From Sminthopsis crassicaudata (Eukaryota): 64,000 nucleotides of DNA. The stretch covers positions 373,393,261 to 373,457,260 of the forward strand of contig NC_133620.1 in the NCBI RefSeq assembly GCF_048593235.1. The letters are read 5' to 3'. Below are positions 34,271 through 44,385 of the stretch, one piece after another. A program made the translations under genes and the position numbers. Position 1 is the first letter of the stretch. Each line of letters opens with the position of its first letter. The notes beneath the pieces are model-generated. The model had not been told where the DNA came from, ran no database searches, and was given only the letters and a program-made list of their open reading frames with translations.

Positions 34271-37200
34271 GTGAGCTCCGGCCCGGGGAAACTTGGGGCG
34301 AAGGATCCCGGAGGGATGGGGTGCGTCAGGAGAAGGGGGAGTCATCTCCCAGAGGGAGTCTAGCCTGTCCTGCACCCCCTGCCCTGGAGGGCCGGGACAC
34401 TGACGCGCAGCCGGGAGCTCGGCGGTGGGAGAGCCAGGGTGACAGCAGCCTCCGAAGGCCGGTTCTGATGGATGGAGCTCCGGATTCCGGCTCCACCCCC
34501 ACCCCTGACTGGGCCACCGAGATATGGCCCTGGTGCCAGGCACAGATGCCGTCCATCCCAGTTCTTTCCTGCCTGGGGTCGCAAGCCATCAGTGCCCCCT
34601 CTACAAGACAAACGTCCCGCCCTTCTCACTGGGGACAAGGAGGCCAGGGTCACTTGTCATCCACGGGGCCAAGAGCGTTAGCGGGCCGGGCCGGGGGGCG
34701 CTGGAGCTCTGGGGCCCGGGCAGGGGGTGTCCAGGGTCAGAACGCTTATGCCACCAAAGTTTGGGGATCCGGGAGGGGGAGCCACTAGAGGGAGGACTCA
34801 CTGGCTCTCAGAACTTTCACTTCCTACTCAGTGTCTTGGACTGGGGTTGGGTGGGGGGAGACGGCCGAGGGGGTGGAGTGTCCGGAGGAGAGAGGTCCAT
34901 TGTGTATGGGGGTGTGTGAGGAGGAAACCGAGCCCGAAGCTTCTTCGGGTGTGCCTGCTGCGGGTATGGGGGGGTGTTTGTTCTGCCGCCTAGAGATGGG
35001 TGTTCCCTTCCAAGATGCCACGGCGGGGGGGAGGGAGGGAGGGAGGGGAGGTGGGCACCCGGCCACCCTGGTGGCTGAGGACCATTGCCTGGGAGAAGGG
35101 GGAGGGGCCTGCTTGACTCAATGAGAGTGTTCCTTCTAAGGAAGGGGGATGGGACTATGGAAATAAGGAGGGGAAGGTGCCGGGAAGGGGGAGACTAGGC
35201 GAATGAGAGAGGAACTTTTTGAGGAGGTAACCGAGAGGAAGAGACCATGGAGGGACGTCCAGCCTACTTTCTCTACGCCCCAACATGCGATGGAAGCCCC
35301 CTTCCCTAAGCAAGCACGGTCCTCAGAAAGAAGCAAGTTCGGAATCCAGCGATAGGGACTAGAACCGCAGTCCCCCGAACCTTGGGATGTAGAACTTTGC
35401 TTCACACTTTGGGGGACTATTTGTTGTTTCAGGTCAAATGAGGGAGCACCTGCCCCTGTCAGAGGCACTTCCTCAAGGACACCCAGAGCCCCAGGTCCTT
35501 CGGGGCAACCTCACCGTCAGTCTCTCTGAAGCGCTGCGGGTAAATGTGCCTCTGTTCCCCTCTTTTCCTCCCTGACCTTGGACTTAGGCTGTGCTATGCC
35601 TGGACTCCTTCTCTGGGCAGATGGCATAATGGAGTTTTCCTATTAGGTTTACATCAGGAGAGTTTTGCATGAGAATCCCTAATTTGACTCTGAACAGCTG
35701 TGTGATCCTAGACAATTCACTTAACCTCTCTGAGCCTCCGTTTCCCCATGGGGAAAGATAAAATTACAGACTTACCTCATTGCTGTTCTAAGGAAGACGC
35801 TTTGTGAAGCTGAAACTGATTATTTTTGCCTGTCCCCTCCGAACTTTCCTGACTGAATCCTTTATACCTTCCCTGGTGACCAATTTCATTTAAGGATACT
35901 TTTATGCATCGCCCTCCTCCACTAATGAAACATCTGTTTGCTTGCTCCCCCCCCACACCCCAACCCTAACACTTTGTGTCTATTAGAAGAATTCTAACTC
36001 ATCCACTCGGAACCCCCACCCTCATGTTCTCATCCTAGAAAGAGTTGTTCAAGACCCTGAAGGAAACTTAGAGAGGAGGGGCTTCTCATTGCATCCCCCA
36101 CCCCAAAGCTGAGTCAGAGGAAGGGCTGGGGCCGGGAGTGGGTCCTCCTTACCATTTCCTCTTTGGGCAGGAAGCCGAGAAGGGGGCGGCTGAGATACCT
36201 CCTTTGACCCCCATGTGCCCCCCCTAAACAATGATCTCGGCCAGGTGGAGCTTCCTGATCTTTCCCTTGAGACTTCCCTACCCCCATCCTCATGATCTAA
36301 CCTTCAGGATTCCCCGGAGAGCCCGAGTCTGTCTGGCTTTTGGAGGGTTGGTAAGCATAGCAAGGAGTGCTAGGTGGGTGATGGTATCTTCCCCTACAGG
36401 ACAGGCTCCCCCAGAAATTACAGATCAGACTCGAACTGGAGGGTAAGAACCATATCTTGGAGCTGCAACAGAATGGGTGAGTGCATCAGAGGCTCACATA
36501 AAGGCAGCGCTCCTGGGGCTTAGCACTGCAAAGGGCGATAGCTCTCTGACCCACAGTTGTCTTTACATCATTATAGCCTTTAGCAGCTGAGCCAGTCCCT
36601 CCTGCCCACAAGATGCCGCTGACTCTGTCTCTTTTCTTACTTTGGTCTCTAGAGAGCTGGTCCCAGACACCCCGACTCTTGTGTGGTACCAGCCTGATGG
36701 CACCCAGGTGGTAAATGAGGGGAACACTCTGGTGAGTTAGGCACTAATGGACCAGGATTCACTGACTATTCAGGGAGCAGTGGATCTCTTTGGTTAAATT
36801 TCCCTTCTCTGGGTTGAAAGGTTATGTTATGTACTGTTATGATCCTTCTCTCAGATAAATTTGGTTCTCTATTGCAGGAAAATTGTTGCTACCAGGGGAC
36901 TGTACAGGATCACCCAGACTCCTGGGTCTCTGTTTGCACTTGCTCTGGACTCAGGTAGAGAGCAGCAGATGTGGGGAAATAGGGCAAGAGGGCTTGAGGA
37001 GCTGCTGTCCCATCCTGAATTCCTACTTCTCTCCCTAGAGGGCTGGTTGTCCTCTCTCCAGAGAAAACATATACCTTAGATCCCAGGCCATGGGGAGTCA
37101 CCCATGTCTCCAAAATAGAAGATATTCACCTGACAGGAGGCACTTGTGCCCTGAACCCAAGGCCCCATTCGTTCATCCAAGCACAGTCAGAGTTCAAACT

Positions 37201-40200
37201 GGGCCTGCATAGTCTTTATCGGGTAAGATTTAAATAGAAATGTCTTCCTCACCCATTGAGTATTCAAGTACTTATCAAATTGAAGTGGTTTCTTGGCCAT
37301 CAGTGACCCTTCTTTTGGTCTCCTCCCAGAGTAAACGGGATGTAGTGTCAGAGACAAAGTTTGTGGAGTTGGTGATTGTAGCAGACCACAAGGAGGCACA
37401 GAGATACCCAGACCTCCACCAGCTACAGACACGAATGCTAGAAGTGGCTAACCAGGTGGACGCGGTGAGTTTCCAAGGAGGGTGGGCAGGGAGAGCAGGG
37501 CATCTGCTGTGCCCAAGCACAGGATATCAGACAAGGCCTGACTCTTCTTCCCAACTAGTTTTTTAGGTTCCTAAATGTGCGTGTAGCACTGGTGGGCGTG
37601 GAGGTCTGGAACCAGGGAGACCTGATCACAGTGGATGGAGATGCGGGCGTCACGCTGGAAAACTTCCTCCGCTGGCGACAGACCGAGCTGCTACCTCGAC
37701 TGCCACATGACAGTGCCCAGCTGGTCACGTAAGAGCCCTTCTCCTTTGGCTGTTCTGACCACACCCTTATCAGGATGTGGCTACTTGAAGCCCTTGGAGG
37801 GTCCCAACCTTTGGCTGCCTTACTCCCCATAGGACCAGCCTATTCCTCAACTCTGCAGTGGGCATGGCAGTACAGAATTCCATCTGCTCCCCAGCCCTTT
37901 CAGGGGGTGTGAATGTGGTAAGTTTTCCTGAATCGCTTCTCTGTCTTTTGTACCCCCACCTATACCCCCGACTATTCAATTCAGTCAATTTAGTGCCTTT
38001 TACTGAAAGTAAGATAGTGTACAAAGAGAACTGTTTTATCATCACAGAACCTGTATTCAAATAACCCCTCTGTTATTCACCAGACTACCCTTGGACAAAT
38101 GATCTCATTTTGGGGGCCCTTAATTTCCTTATCCACAAAACGAAAAAGTTGGCAAACTACAATCCATCTATTTTTGTACAGAAGTAGGTTTTAATTTTCA
38201 TTTTTAAATAAAGTTTTATTATATTAAAAAATGTAATATCCCTGGCTCATGCTTTTACAATAACAGCACGTAGGCACAGGTCATAATGATAAAAAAATAG
38301 TAATAGCTAACATTGATGTAGTGCTCCCTATATGTCAAGCACTATGCTTATCTGTGTTGAGCCTCACAACAACCCTGGAGGTAGGTACTATTATTAATTG
38401 GTTCCCCCCCCCATTTTACAAATAAGGAAACTGAGGCACATAGGTTAAATGACTTGCCCAGGGTCACACAACTACTCCCTGAGGTCATATTTGAATTTGG
38501 GCTGCTGCACCAGTAGTTTGCTGAAGCTTGGACTAAATAGCTTCTTAGATCCCTTTTAGCTCTGGATGTATGTATATCCTCTGTGCCCTCTGATGTGGGC
38601 CCAGTTTGGATATAAGGGAAGTATAAGATAATGGATCCTGTCTTTGTGACATTTTGGAGAACCAGAAAGAAAATAGAAAGATGTAGGGGACAAATCACAG
38701 TATCAAGTCAGAAGTCCTGACTTAAGGGGAGCTAATATGACTTTGGGCCAGAGTTTCCCTTTGTGGGGCACCATTTCCCTCATTTTTAAAGAGATCTGGC
38801 TTTGACCAGCTGATCTCTGATGCCTTCCAACTTTAATTATTATTATATATTATTTTTAATATAAGCAGATGTTAACTGTGAAATACCAGTACTGATATTC
38901 TGTGGTCCAAGGTCCCTTCCAGCCCAAACGCACAATGAACTAGTTAGGCAGTAAAGGGAAAATGAGAACACCCTGTATAGGATGGCTTCAAGAAGGAGCT
39001 ATTTTCTCTCCCAAAGTGGACAATGAATCAAAGTTCCAGAGTGGTCCCCTCTTTCCTCCTTCCCTTGAGTTTGTGCATTCATCTGTCTACCCTGACTCTC
39101 TCTTCCCCTAGGACCACTCAGTGAGCATCCTGGGTGTGGCGTCCACCATGGCCCATGAGCTGGGACACAGCCTGGGTCTGGCACATGATCCCCCAGGAGG
39201 CAACTGCCCATGCCCAGGCCAGCCTCCCACCAAGAGCTGTATCATGGAGGCTGCCACAGCGTGAGTGACACCCTGCTCTCCAAATCGGGGAGTGAGGAAG
39301 GGCCCTGGATGGAGGGGACTAGAGGAAAGGGCTCCCTTTCACCTTGGTCCCCTTTTCCCTTCATCCTCAGGTTCCTGCCGGGTCTGAGTTTTAGCAGCTG
39401 CAGCAGAGAAGCTTTGGAGAAGGCACTTTTGAGGGGAGCAGGGGGCTGCCTCTTTTCTCGGCCTGCTCAGCTGGCCCCTCGCCCCCCTCGATGTGGGAAT
39501 TTATTTGTAGAGCCTGGCGAACAGTGTGACTGTGGCTTCTGGGAGGTGAGGGGCTCCCGCCTTTCCTTCTCTCCCTTGGACTCCCCCATTGCCACTCCTT
39601 GGCCCCAGCCTCTTGGAGAGTTATCTTTCAACGCTCTGGAGCTTGTCTCCCCTGAACCCTGAGTCTTCTCCCCAACAATATCAAGTTTACTTCTCCATCT
39701 TTCTCATCTGTGCTCTCTTTCCCGCCCCCCACCTTGCCTCTCTTTCTGTTCCACACCCAGGAATGTTCTGATCCCTGCTGTAATGCCTCCAGCTGCCAGC
39801 TGATGCCTGGGGCTCAATGTGCTTCCGATGGTCTCTGCTGTCAAGATTGCCAGGTTTGGGCCTAGGGTTGGCATAGAGGAGCGCTGGGAGCGTAACTGGG
39901 GTGGGGGTGGTAGTGAGGGTCCTAGTGACGTGACAGAGAAATGGCATCAGGACAGAAGGGTCTGCCCTCTGACTGGCGCCCTCTTTCCCCGCAGCTGCGC
40001 CCAGCGGGATGGCTATGCCGGCCAGCGCGGGGGGACTGTGACCTGCCTGAATTTTGCTCAGGGGATAATGCCCAGTGTCCCTCAGATGTCAGCCTAGGGG
40101 ATGGTGAGCCCTGTGCAGGGGGCAAAGCTGTCTGTGCTGCTGGGCACTGTGCCTCTTATGTTGCTCAGTGCCAGGCACTCTGGGGTCCTGGTGCTCGCTC

Positions 40201-43200
40201 TGCAACCCCTGCCTGTCTCCAAGCTGCCAACACACGAGGAGATGGCTTTGGGAACTGCGGGAAACAGTACAATGGCACTTATGTGCCATGTGCTGCTCGG
40301 TGAGTGAGTACCTCCTGCCCCAACCCCAGCCCTTGCTCCCTCATCTTTCTGACCCTTTGCCTTTCAGCCATCCCTTCCCCCTCCCCCCTATGATTCCAGT
40401 TCCTTCCCTTCCCCTGACTCTCTAGCCCATCCCTCATAGAGATGCCAACTGTGGGCAACTCCAGTGCCAAGGTGGTAGTGTCCACCCTCTATTGGGCACT
40501 GCTCAGGAGACACTCACAGAGACCATTGAGGCCAATGGAACACAGCAGACCTGCCGATGGACACACCTAGACCTGGGCAGTGATGTGGCCCAGCCCTTTC
40601 TGGCTTTGACCGGCACTGCTTGTGCCCCTGGCCGGGTGAGTGAGCCAGACATCCCTGTGGGCATCAGACCCGATGACCTTAGAAACCCATTCGATGCTGA
40701 GATTCTGTGAGATGTTAAAGGGTTGCCTCCTCCATCCGTTGCAGGTCTGCATTGACCAGCGGTGCCAGCCAGTGGCACTTCTGGGGGCAGAGGAGTGTCG
40801 AAGCAAATGCCATGGGCATGGGGTGAGCAGAGGGGAAGGCAGCAGCTTCCAAGAGCAGACTGGGGAAACTGAAGGGGACTGGGGAGGTGCTAGAGCTGGT
40901 TCTCTGTGCACTCTTGTTCTTGCAAATCCCTCTTTTCTTGACCTCCACAAAACTCCTGATGCTTGGACATTTTTATATTTGCTAAATTAGCTGGAATAAC
41001 ATTGGGGGAAATGCTTCCTAAGGGCCCCTCCTCCCTGAAGCACTTTTAGAGGCACCCAGGAAGAGCTGAGTTCAAATCCTATCTCAGACACCTATTAGCT
41101 GTGTAACCCTGGATACTGTCTTTCAGTTTCTTCTACTCTAAAATGGGGACAATAATAGCACCTGCTTCTTGGGGTTCTGGTGTGAGGAACAAGTGACCTA
41201 AAATTTATAAAGTACTCGACACATGGAGGGGCTTAATACGTGCTTAATTTCTTCCTCCCTTTGCTTTCCTCTTCAGGTTTGCAACAGCAATGGACACTGC
41301 CACTGTGACCATGGCTGGGCACCTCCAGATTGCTCCAAGGAAGGCTTTGGGGGCAGTGTGGACAGTGGGGCCCTGGGCCAGCAGCCCAAAGGTAATTCGG
41401 TGGGAATGAGGGTGCAGAAGGGTAAAGGAGGAGCAACATCACTAAAAGAGACTGATCCCCGGACCTAGATTTTAGATCTCCAGGATATCAGAGCAAGGAG
41501 GGACCTTAGAGAGCTTCTGGAGAGAGACCTAGGAAAATTCAGGGGGCCCCTGGCTAGTTAGTAGTGGCCACTCCTACCACCATCCCCTTTTTTCTGACCT
41601 ATTGACCTCTACCTCCATTCCTCTTCCTGGCTCTGGCTTTATGTCCGACAGCAAATAGTGGCCTGACTACAGGACTGCTCCTCAGCCTCCTCCTCCTGGC
41701 ACTGCTGATGCTTCTCGGAACTTGCTATTGGCACCGTACTCATCTCCGCCGGAGACTCTGCCAGTTTAAGGGGACCAGTTCCCAGTATAGGTATTGGACC
41801 CATAGATCTCCTAAGGCCTCTGGCTCTGAGCCTTCACCCTTGCTCCTGACTCCCTGTGCCACCAAAACCTTTTGTCCTTCCCCCTCCCACACTGACCCAA
41901 CTCCCATCCTCCTCAAACCCCTCCCCCTTTGTCCCCTCCAGGGATACGGCAGAGGCCCAGGTTCGATTTCTCCATGGGGGTGTCTGTGCCAATGGGTACA
42001 GGTAAGCAGGGCCCTTTGCTCCCATTCAGCCTGTCGGCCCTGTCTCAGACAGCTCCTCTCCATCCTGCCATGATGGGATGTTGCCTCCACACCCCTCCTT
42101 GATCTCTACAGATTTCACAAAGGGCGGACCTTCTCCAGAGATTGTTTCTGGGTAGATAATACTTGCTTCCCCTTCAACTACCCCAGGACATCGCCATCTG
42201 GCCCCCCTGAACGTCCAGGTCCCCCTCAGAGGACTCAGGCCACAGAACTCCAGCTGCTGTCCAGCACCAAGGTGGGTTCCAGGTCCTTTGTGGGGGAAAG
42301 GGGCAGGGAGACTAGCCCACTGAGCCCCAAGTCCAGCTGAGCTACCCTCCCCTATGTGGCGCCAGCGGGATTCTTAGTGCCTATTTCAGCAGGTTCTGGA
42401 TGGTCTGAGAGTGGCTGACACTGTCCCGATGCCCATTGCCGGCTCCAAGGAGGTTGAGGAGTCATATCCTACCTGGGGTGGGAAACCTAAGATGGGTGAC
42501 CAATGGAAGTGTTGTTTAGCACAACTCATTAATTGAGATGAGGGTGTTGTGCGTGGCACTTCAGGGATGCCATCCTGGATCTGGAGGCCCAGATGCCCTC
42601 TGACTACAAGATTGGGTAAAAGAAATTGGCACCACTCGGGGGCCCCCAACCTCAGAGGGACTGACAAGTGCTCCCGGATCCAGGGTGCACTGGAAGCGAC
42701 ACTTTAGTGGCTGTATGCAGTGGGGGATGGGTTTGCATGCCCACAGCCTGGCACGCCCCACTCTTGAATGTGGCTGAGTAATTGCATGATGCCCCTGCTC
42801 TCCTAAGGCCCTGGCTGCCCCCCCACCTTCAATATCTCCGACTGTAACTCTGATCCATCCTCCCCCACCACTGTTCTCTCCTCCCACCCCTCTTCTTTGT
42901 CTTCTCTCTGTGCTCCTTCTGCTTCTCCTGATCTTTCTGCAGTCTGGCGCTCTTGGTCACCCTGACCCCCCCTCCCGGCCGCTCCCGCCGGACCCTGTGC
43001 CCAAGAGACTACAGGTAAATCTAAGCAAAAGGCAAGGCCCAGCACAGGGTGGGCAGAGGGATAGAGGGATTTAGTGAGCCCAACTTCTGCCCACCCACAT
43101 GAGGAACATGACTGAGCAAAAAAGCGCCTATCCCTGTCCCTCCCAGCTGTGCTTTTGGGTGGGCAAGGGCACTCTTCTGTGCCCCGTTAGGCAGTGGAGA

Positions 43201-44091
43201 GTAGCTTCTAATTTGGTATGTATCTCCACCTGGTGGTATGTTGTGGTACTACAGCCTACCTGCCGTCAAATTACTTAATTACACCCCCCCTCCCTTCTCC
43301 TCCCACGACTCTGGCACCTGAAATCGCTAGAGCAAAACTGTGCCCCGCATGTATTCTCACCCCTGCGCATGTACCCAAACTAGCCGAAAGCTGCACGTTG
43401 GCACAGAACCCTATCGAAGGCAATCTCTGAATGTCACTCCCCCCCACAACCCGGCATGCCCACTTCCCCATGGCTTCCTCCTCACTGGCACTGCTCTCTC
43501 TGTCCAGGCTGCACTGACCGATCGACCCAACCCCCCCACCCGTCCGCTACCCGCCGACCCGGTGGTGAGGAGCCCACAGGTAACGGTGTGGGGGCGGGCA
43601 TAGCCCCTCCCCCCTCCTGGGCGGCAGCACTGATGGCCTGTAGCACTGGTTGCTGGAGCATGGTGCTCCTGGTGCCCCTTGGGCACAGTTCCAGGCCCTT
43701 TCCTAGCGGAGGTATCCCCTCAGGAGGTACCGTTGGCAGAAGTAGGTTTGTTAGGGGATGGTGGGTGACCTCTTGGGGTCATTCCCCTGATAAATTCTGC
43801 CTTCTCTCTGTCAGTCTCAGGGGCCTGCTAAACCCCCACCTCCAAGGAAGCCGCTGCCCTCCTACCCCCAGGGACGGCACCTCTCAGGGGAAGGGCCGGC
43901 TGAAGATAGCTCGGTGCCCCTGGTCGTCCCCTCTAGGTAGGTGAGGGGAGGGGTTGAGGATGAGGATGAAGAAAAAGTCCCTTTGGTGGCGAGATGTACA
44001 CATTTCCCCCTTTTTCTTCTGCCCTGTCTCCTTTATCTCAAGACCTGCACCCCCGCCCCCTGCGGCCTCTGGGGCAGCTCTACGCGTCTGA
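34192..44091 (+). CDS. ADAM15: ADAM metallopeptidase domain 15 (metargidin), 22 coding exons in the longest conservative model, 880 aa
   Basis: Exons: 34192-34270, 35433-35539, 36400-36476, 36653-36731, 36878-36954, 37039-37222, 37330-37464, 37559-37728, 37833-37917, 39112-39260, 39371-39545, 39761-39853, 39995-40299, 40440-40635, 40745-40822, 41277-41391, 41652-41790, 42187-42271, 42943-43014, 43508-43579, 43815-43936, 44043-44091. Signal peptide [17 protein letters not shown], furin site RSKR, zinc motif [12 protein letters not shown] (39154-39189), disintegrin RGD, transmembrane helix and Pro-rich tail. Confidence 0.96.
35433..35539 (+). CDS. ADAM15: ADAM15 exon 2 (prodomain)
   Basis: 107 nt, ...[20 protein letters not shown]. 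Confidence 0.88.
36400..36476 (+). CDS. ADAM15: ADAM15 exon 3
   Basis: [25 protein letters not shown]. Confidence 0.93.
36653..36731 (+). CDS. ADAM15: ADAM15 exon 4
   Basis: [26 protein letters not shown]. Confidence 0.94.
36878..36954 (+). CDS. ADAM15: ADAM15 exon 5
   Basis: [25 protein letters not shown]. Confidence 0.95.
37039..37222 (+). CDS. ADAM15: ADAM15 exon 6
   Basis: [13 protein letters not shown]...GGTCAL...LYR. Confidence 0.92.
37330..37464 (+). CDS. ADAM15: ADAM15 exon 7 (furin site, start of catalytic domain)
   Basis: [26 protein letters not shown]...QVDA. Confidence 0.94.
37559..37728 (+). CDS. ADAM15: ADAM15 exon 8
   Basis: [13 protein letters not shown]...LPHDSAQLV. Confidence 0.95.
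37833..37917 (+). CDS. ADAM15: ADAM15 exon 9
   Basis: ...[20 protein letters not shown]. Confidence 0.95.
38330..38510 (-). mobile_element. MIR SINE, reverse
   Basis: cctcacaacaaccctggaggtagg...cattttacaaataaggaaactgaggcaca...ttaaatgacttgcccagggtcacacaacta. Confidence 0.8.
39112..39260 (+). CDS. ADAM15: ADAM15 exon 10 (zinc-binding site, Met-turn)
   Basis: [26 protein letters not shown]...CIMEAAT. Confidence 0.97.
39371..39545 (+). CDS. ADAM15: ADAM15 exon 11
   Basis: [11 protein letters not shown]...[18 protein letters not shown]. Confidence 0.96.
39761..39853 (+). CDS. ADAM15: ADAM15 exon 12 (disintegrin)
   Basis: [31 protein letters not shown]. Confidence 0.96.
39995..40299 (+). CDS. 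ADAM15: ADAM15 exon 13 (disintegrin loop and Cys-rich domain)
   Basis: [21 protein letters not shown]...YVPCAA. Confidence 0.96.
40440..40635 (+). CDS. ADAM15: ADAM15 exon 14
   Basis: [10 protein letters not shown]...[11 protein letters not shown]...GTACAPGR. Confidence 0.95.
40745..40822 (+). CDS. ADAM15: ADAM15 exon 15
   Basis: [26 protein letters not shown]. Confidence 0.96.
41060..41250 (+). mobile_element. MIR SINE
   Basis: gctgagttcaaatcctatctcagacac...ctgtgtaaccctgg...aaaatggggacaataatagcacc. Confidence 0.7.
41277..41391 (+). CDS. ADAM15: ADAM15 exon 16 (EGF-like domain and linker)
   Basis: [38 protein letters not shown] g|gtaatt. Confidence 0.93.
41652..41790 (+). CDS. ADAM15: ADAM15 exon 17 (transmembrane)
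   Basis: [28 protein letters not shown]...SSQY. Confidence 0.95.
41942..42001 (+). CDS. ADAM15: Candidate extra ADAM15 cytoplasmic cassette exon (60 nt, phase 2-2)
   Basis: ctttgtcccctccag| acceptor, cag|gtaagc donor, CTGAC branch at 41892; open and in frame: (R)[19 protein letters not shown](R). Confidence 0.55.
42187..42271 (+). CDS. ADAM15: ADAM15 cytoplasmic exon (equivalent to human exon 19)
   Basis: [28 protein letters not shown]. Confidence 0.92.
42943..43014 (+). CDS. ADAM15: ADAM15 alternative SH3-ligand exon (equivalent to human exon 20)
   Basis: [24 protein letters not shown]. Confidence 0.92.
43508..43579 (+). CDS. ADAM15: ADAM15 alternative SH3-ligand exon (equivalent to human exon 21)
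   Basis: [24 protein letters not shown]. Confidence 0.93.
43815..43936 (+). CDS. ADAM15: ADAM15 penultimate exon
   Basis: [15 protein letters not shown]...PLVVPS. Confidence 0.94.
44043..44091 (+). CDS. ADAM15: ADAM15 last coding exon
   Basis: [16 protein letters not shown]; acceptor ctcaag|; AATAAA at 44380. Confidence 0.85.
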
Positions 44092-44379
44092 CTTCATCCT
44101 GGGACAGCAATCTCACATTGGAGAAGTCACTGTGGGCGCCCATTTCCCCAACATCGGACCTGAGAAGCCTGTGAAAGGGAAGCCTGCCCACCCTCTGCTA
44201 GGACTCAGAAGGTTCGAGTCCAGAAGCGGAGGTGCAGCCTTCTTATGGCACTATTGGGGTTCCCGAAGGCGAAGCACGAGATGGAACCCCGCATTGTTGA
44301 CTCTGGGATGGGGGAGGCGGGGAGAGGGTCCAGGTGTGGAGGGGTGGGAGTGGGCCCGGTGCCGCTTGGGCTCAGCCGC

Positions 44380-44385
44380 AATAAA
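44380..44385 (+). terminator. ADAM15 polyadenylation signal AATAAA
   Basis: First AATAAA after the stop, about 290 nt downstream. Confidence 0.8.

Larger units (their letters stand above)
33150..34700. promoter_or_regulatory. CpG island: ADAM15 promoter, overlapping the DCST1 last exon
   Basis: Dense CpG; several GGGCGG boxes (about 33862, 33926, 34049) upstream of the ADAM15 ATG. Confidence 0.85.

Noticed and set aside
33940-34788. 282-aa ORF spanning ADAM15 exon 1
   Set aside because: It is the real exon 1 plus GC-rich leader and intron read-through.
42390-42540. NAGNAG acceptor (ttcagcag) and open frame [13 protein letters not shown]... in the ADAM15 intron after the exon-19 equivalent
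   Set aside because: No convincing in-phase donor, and read-through reaches a stop; insufficient support.
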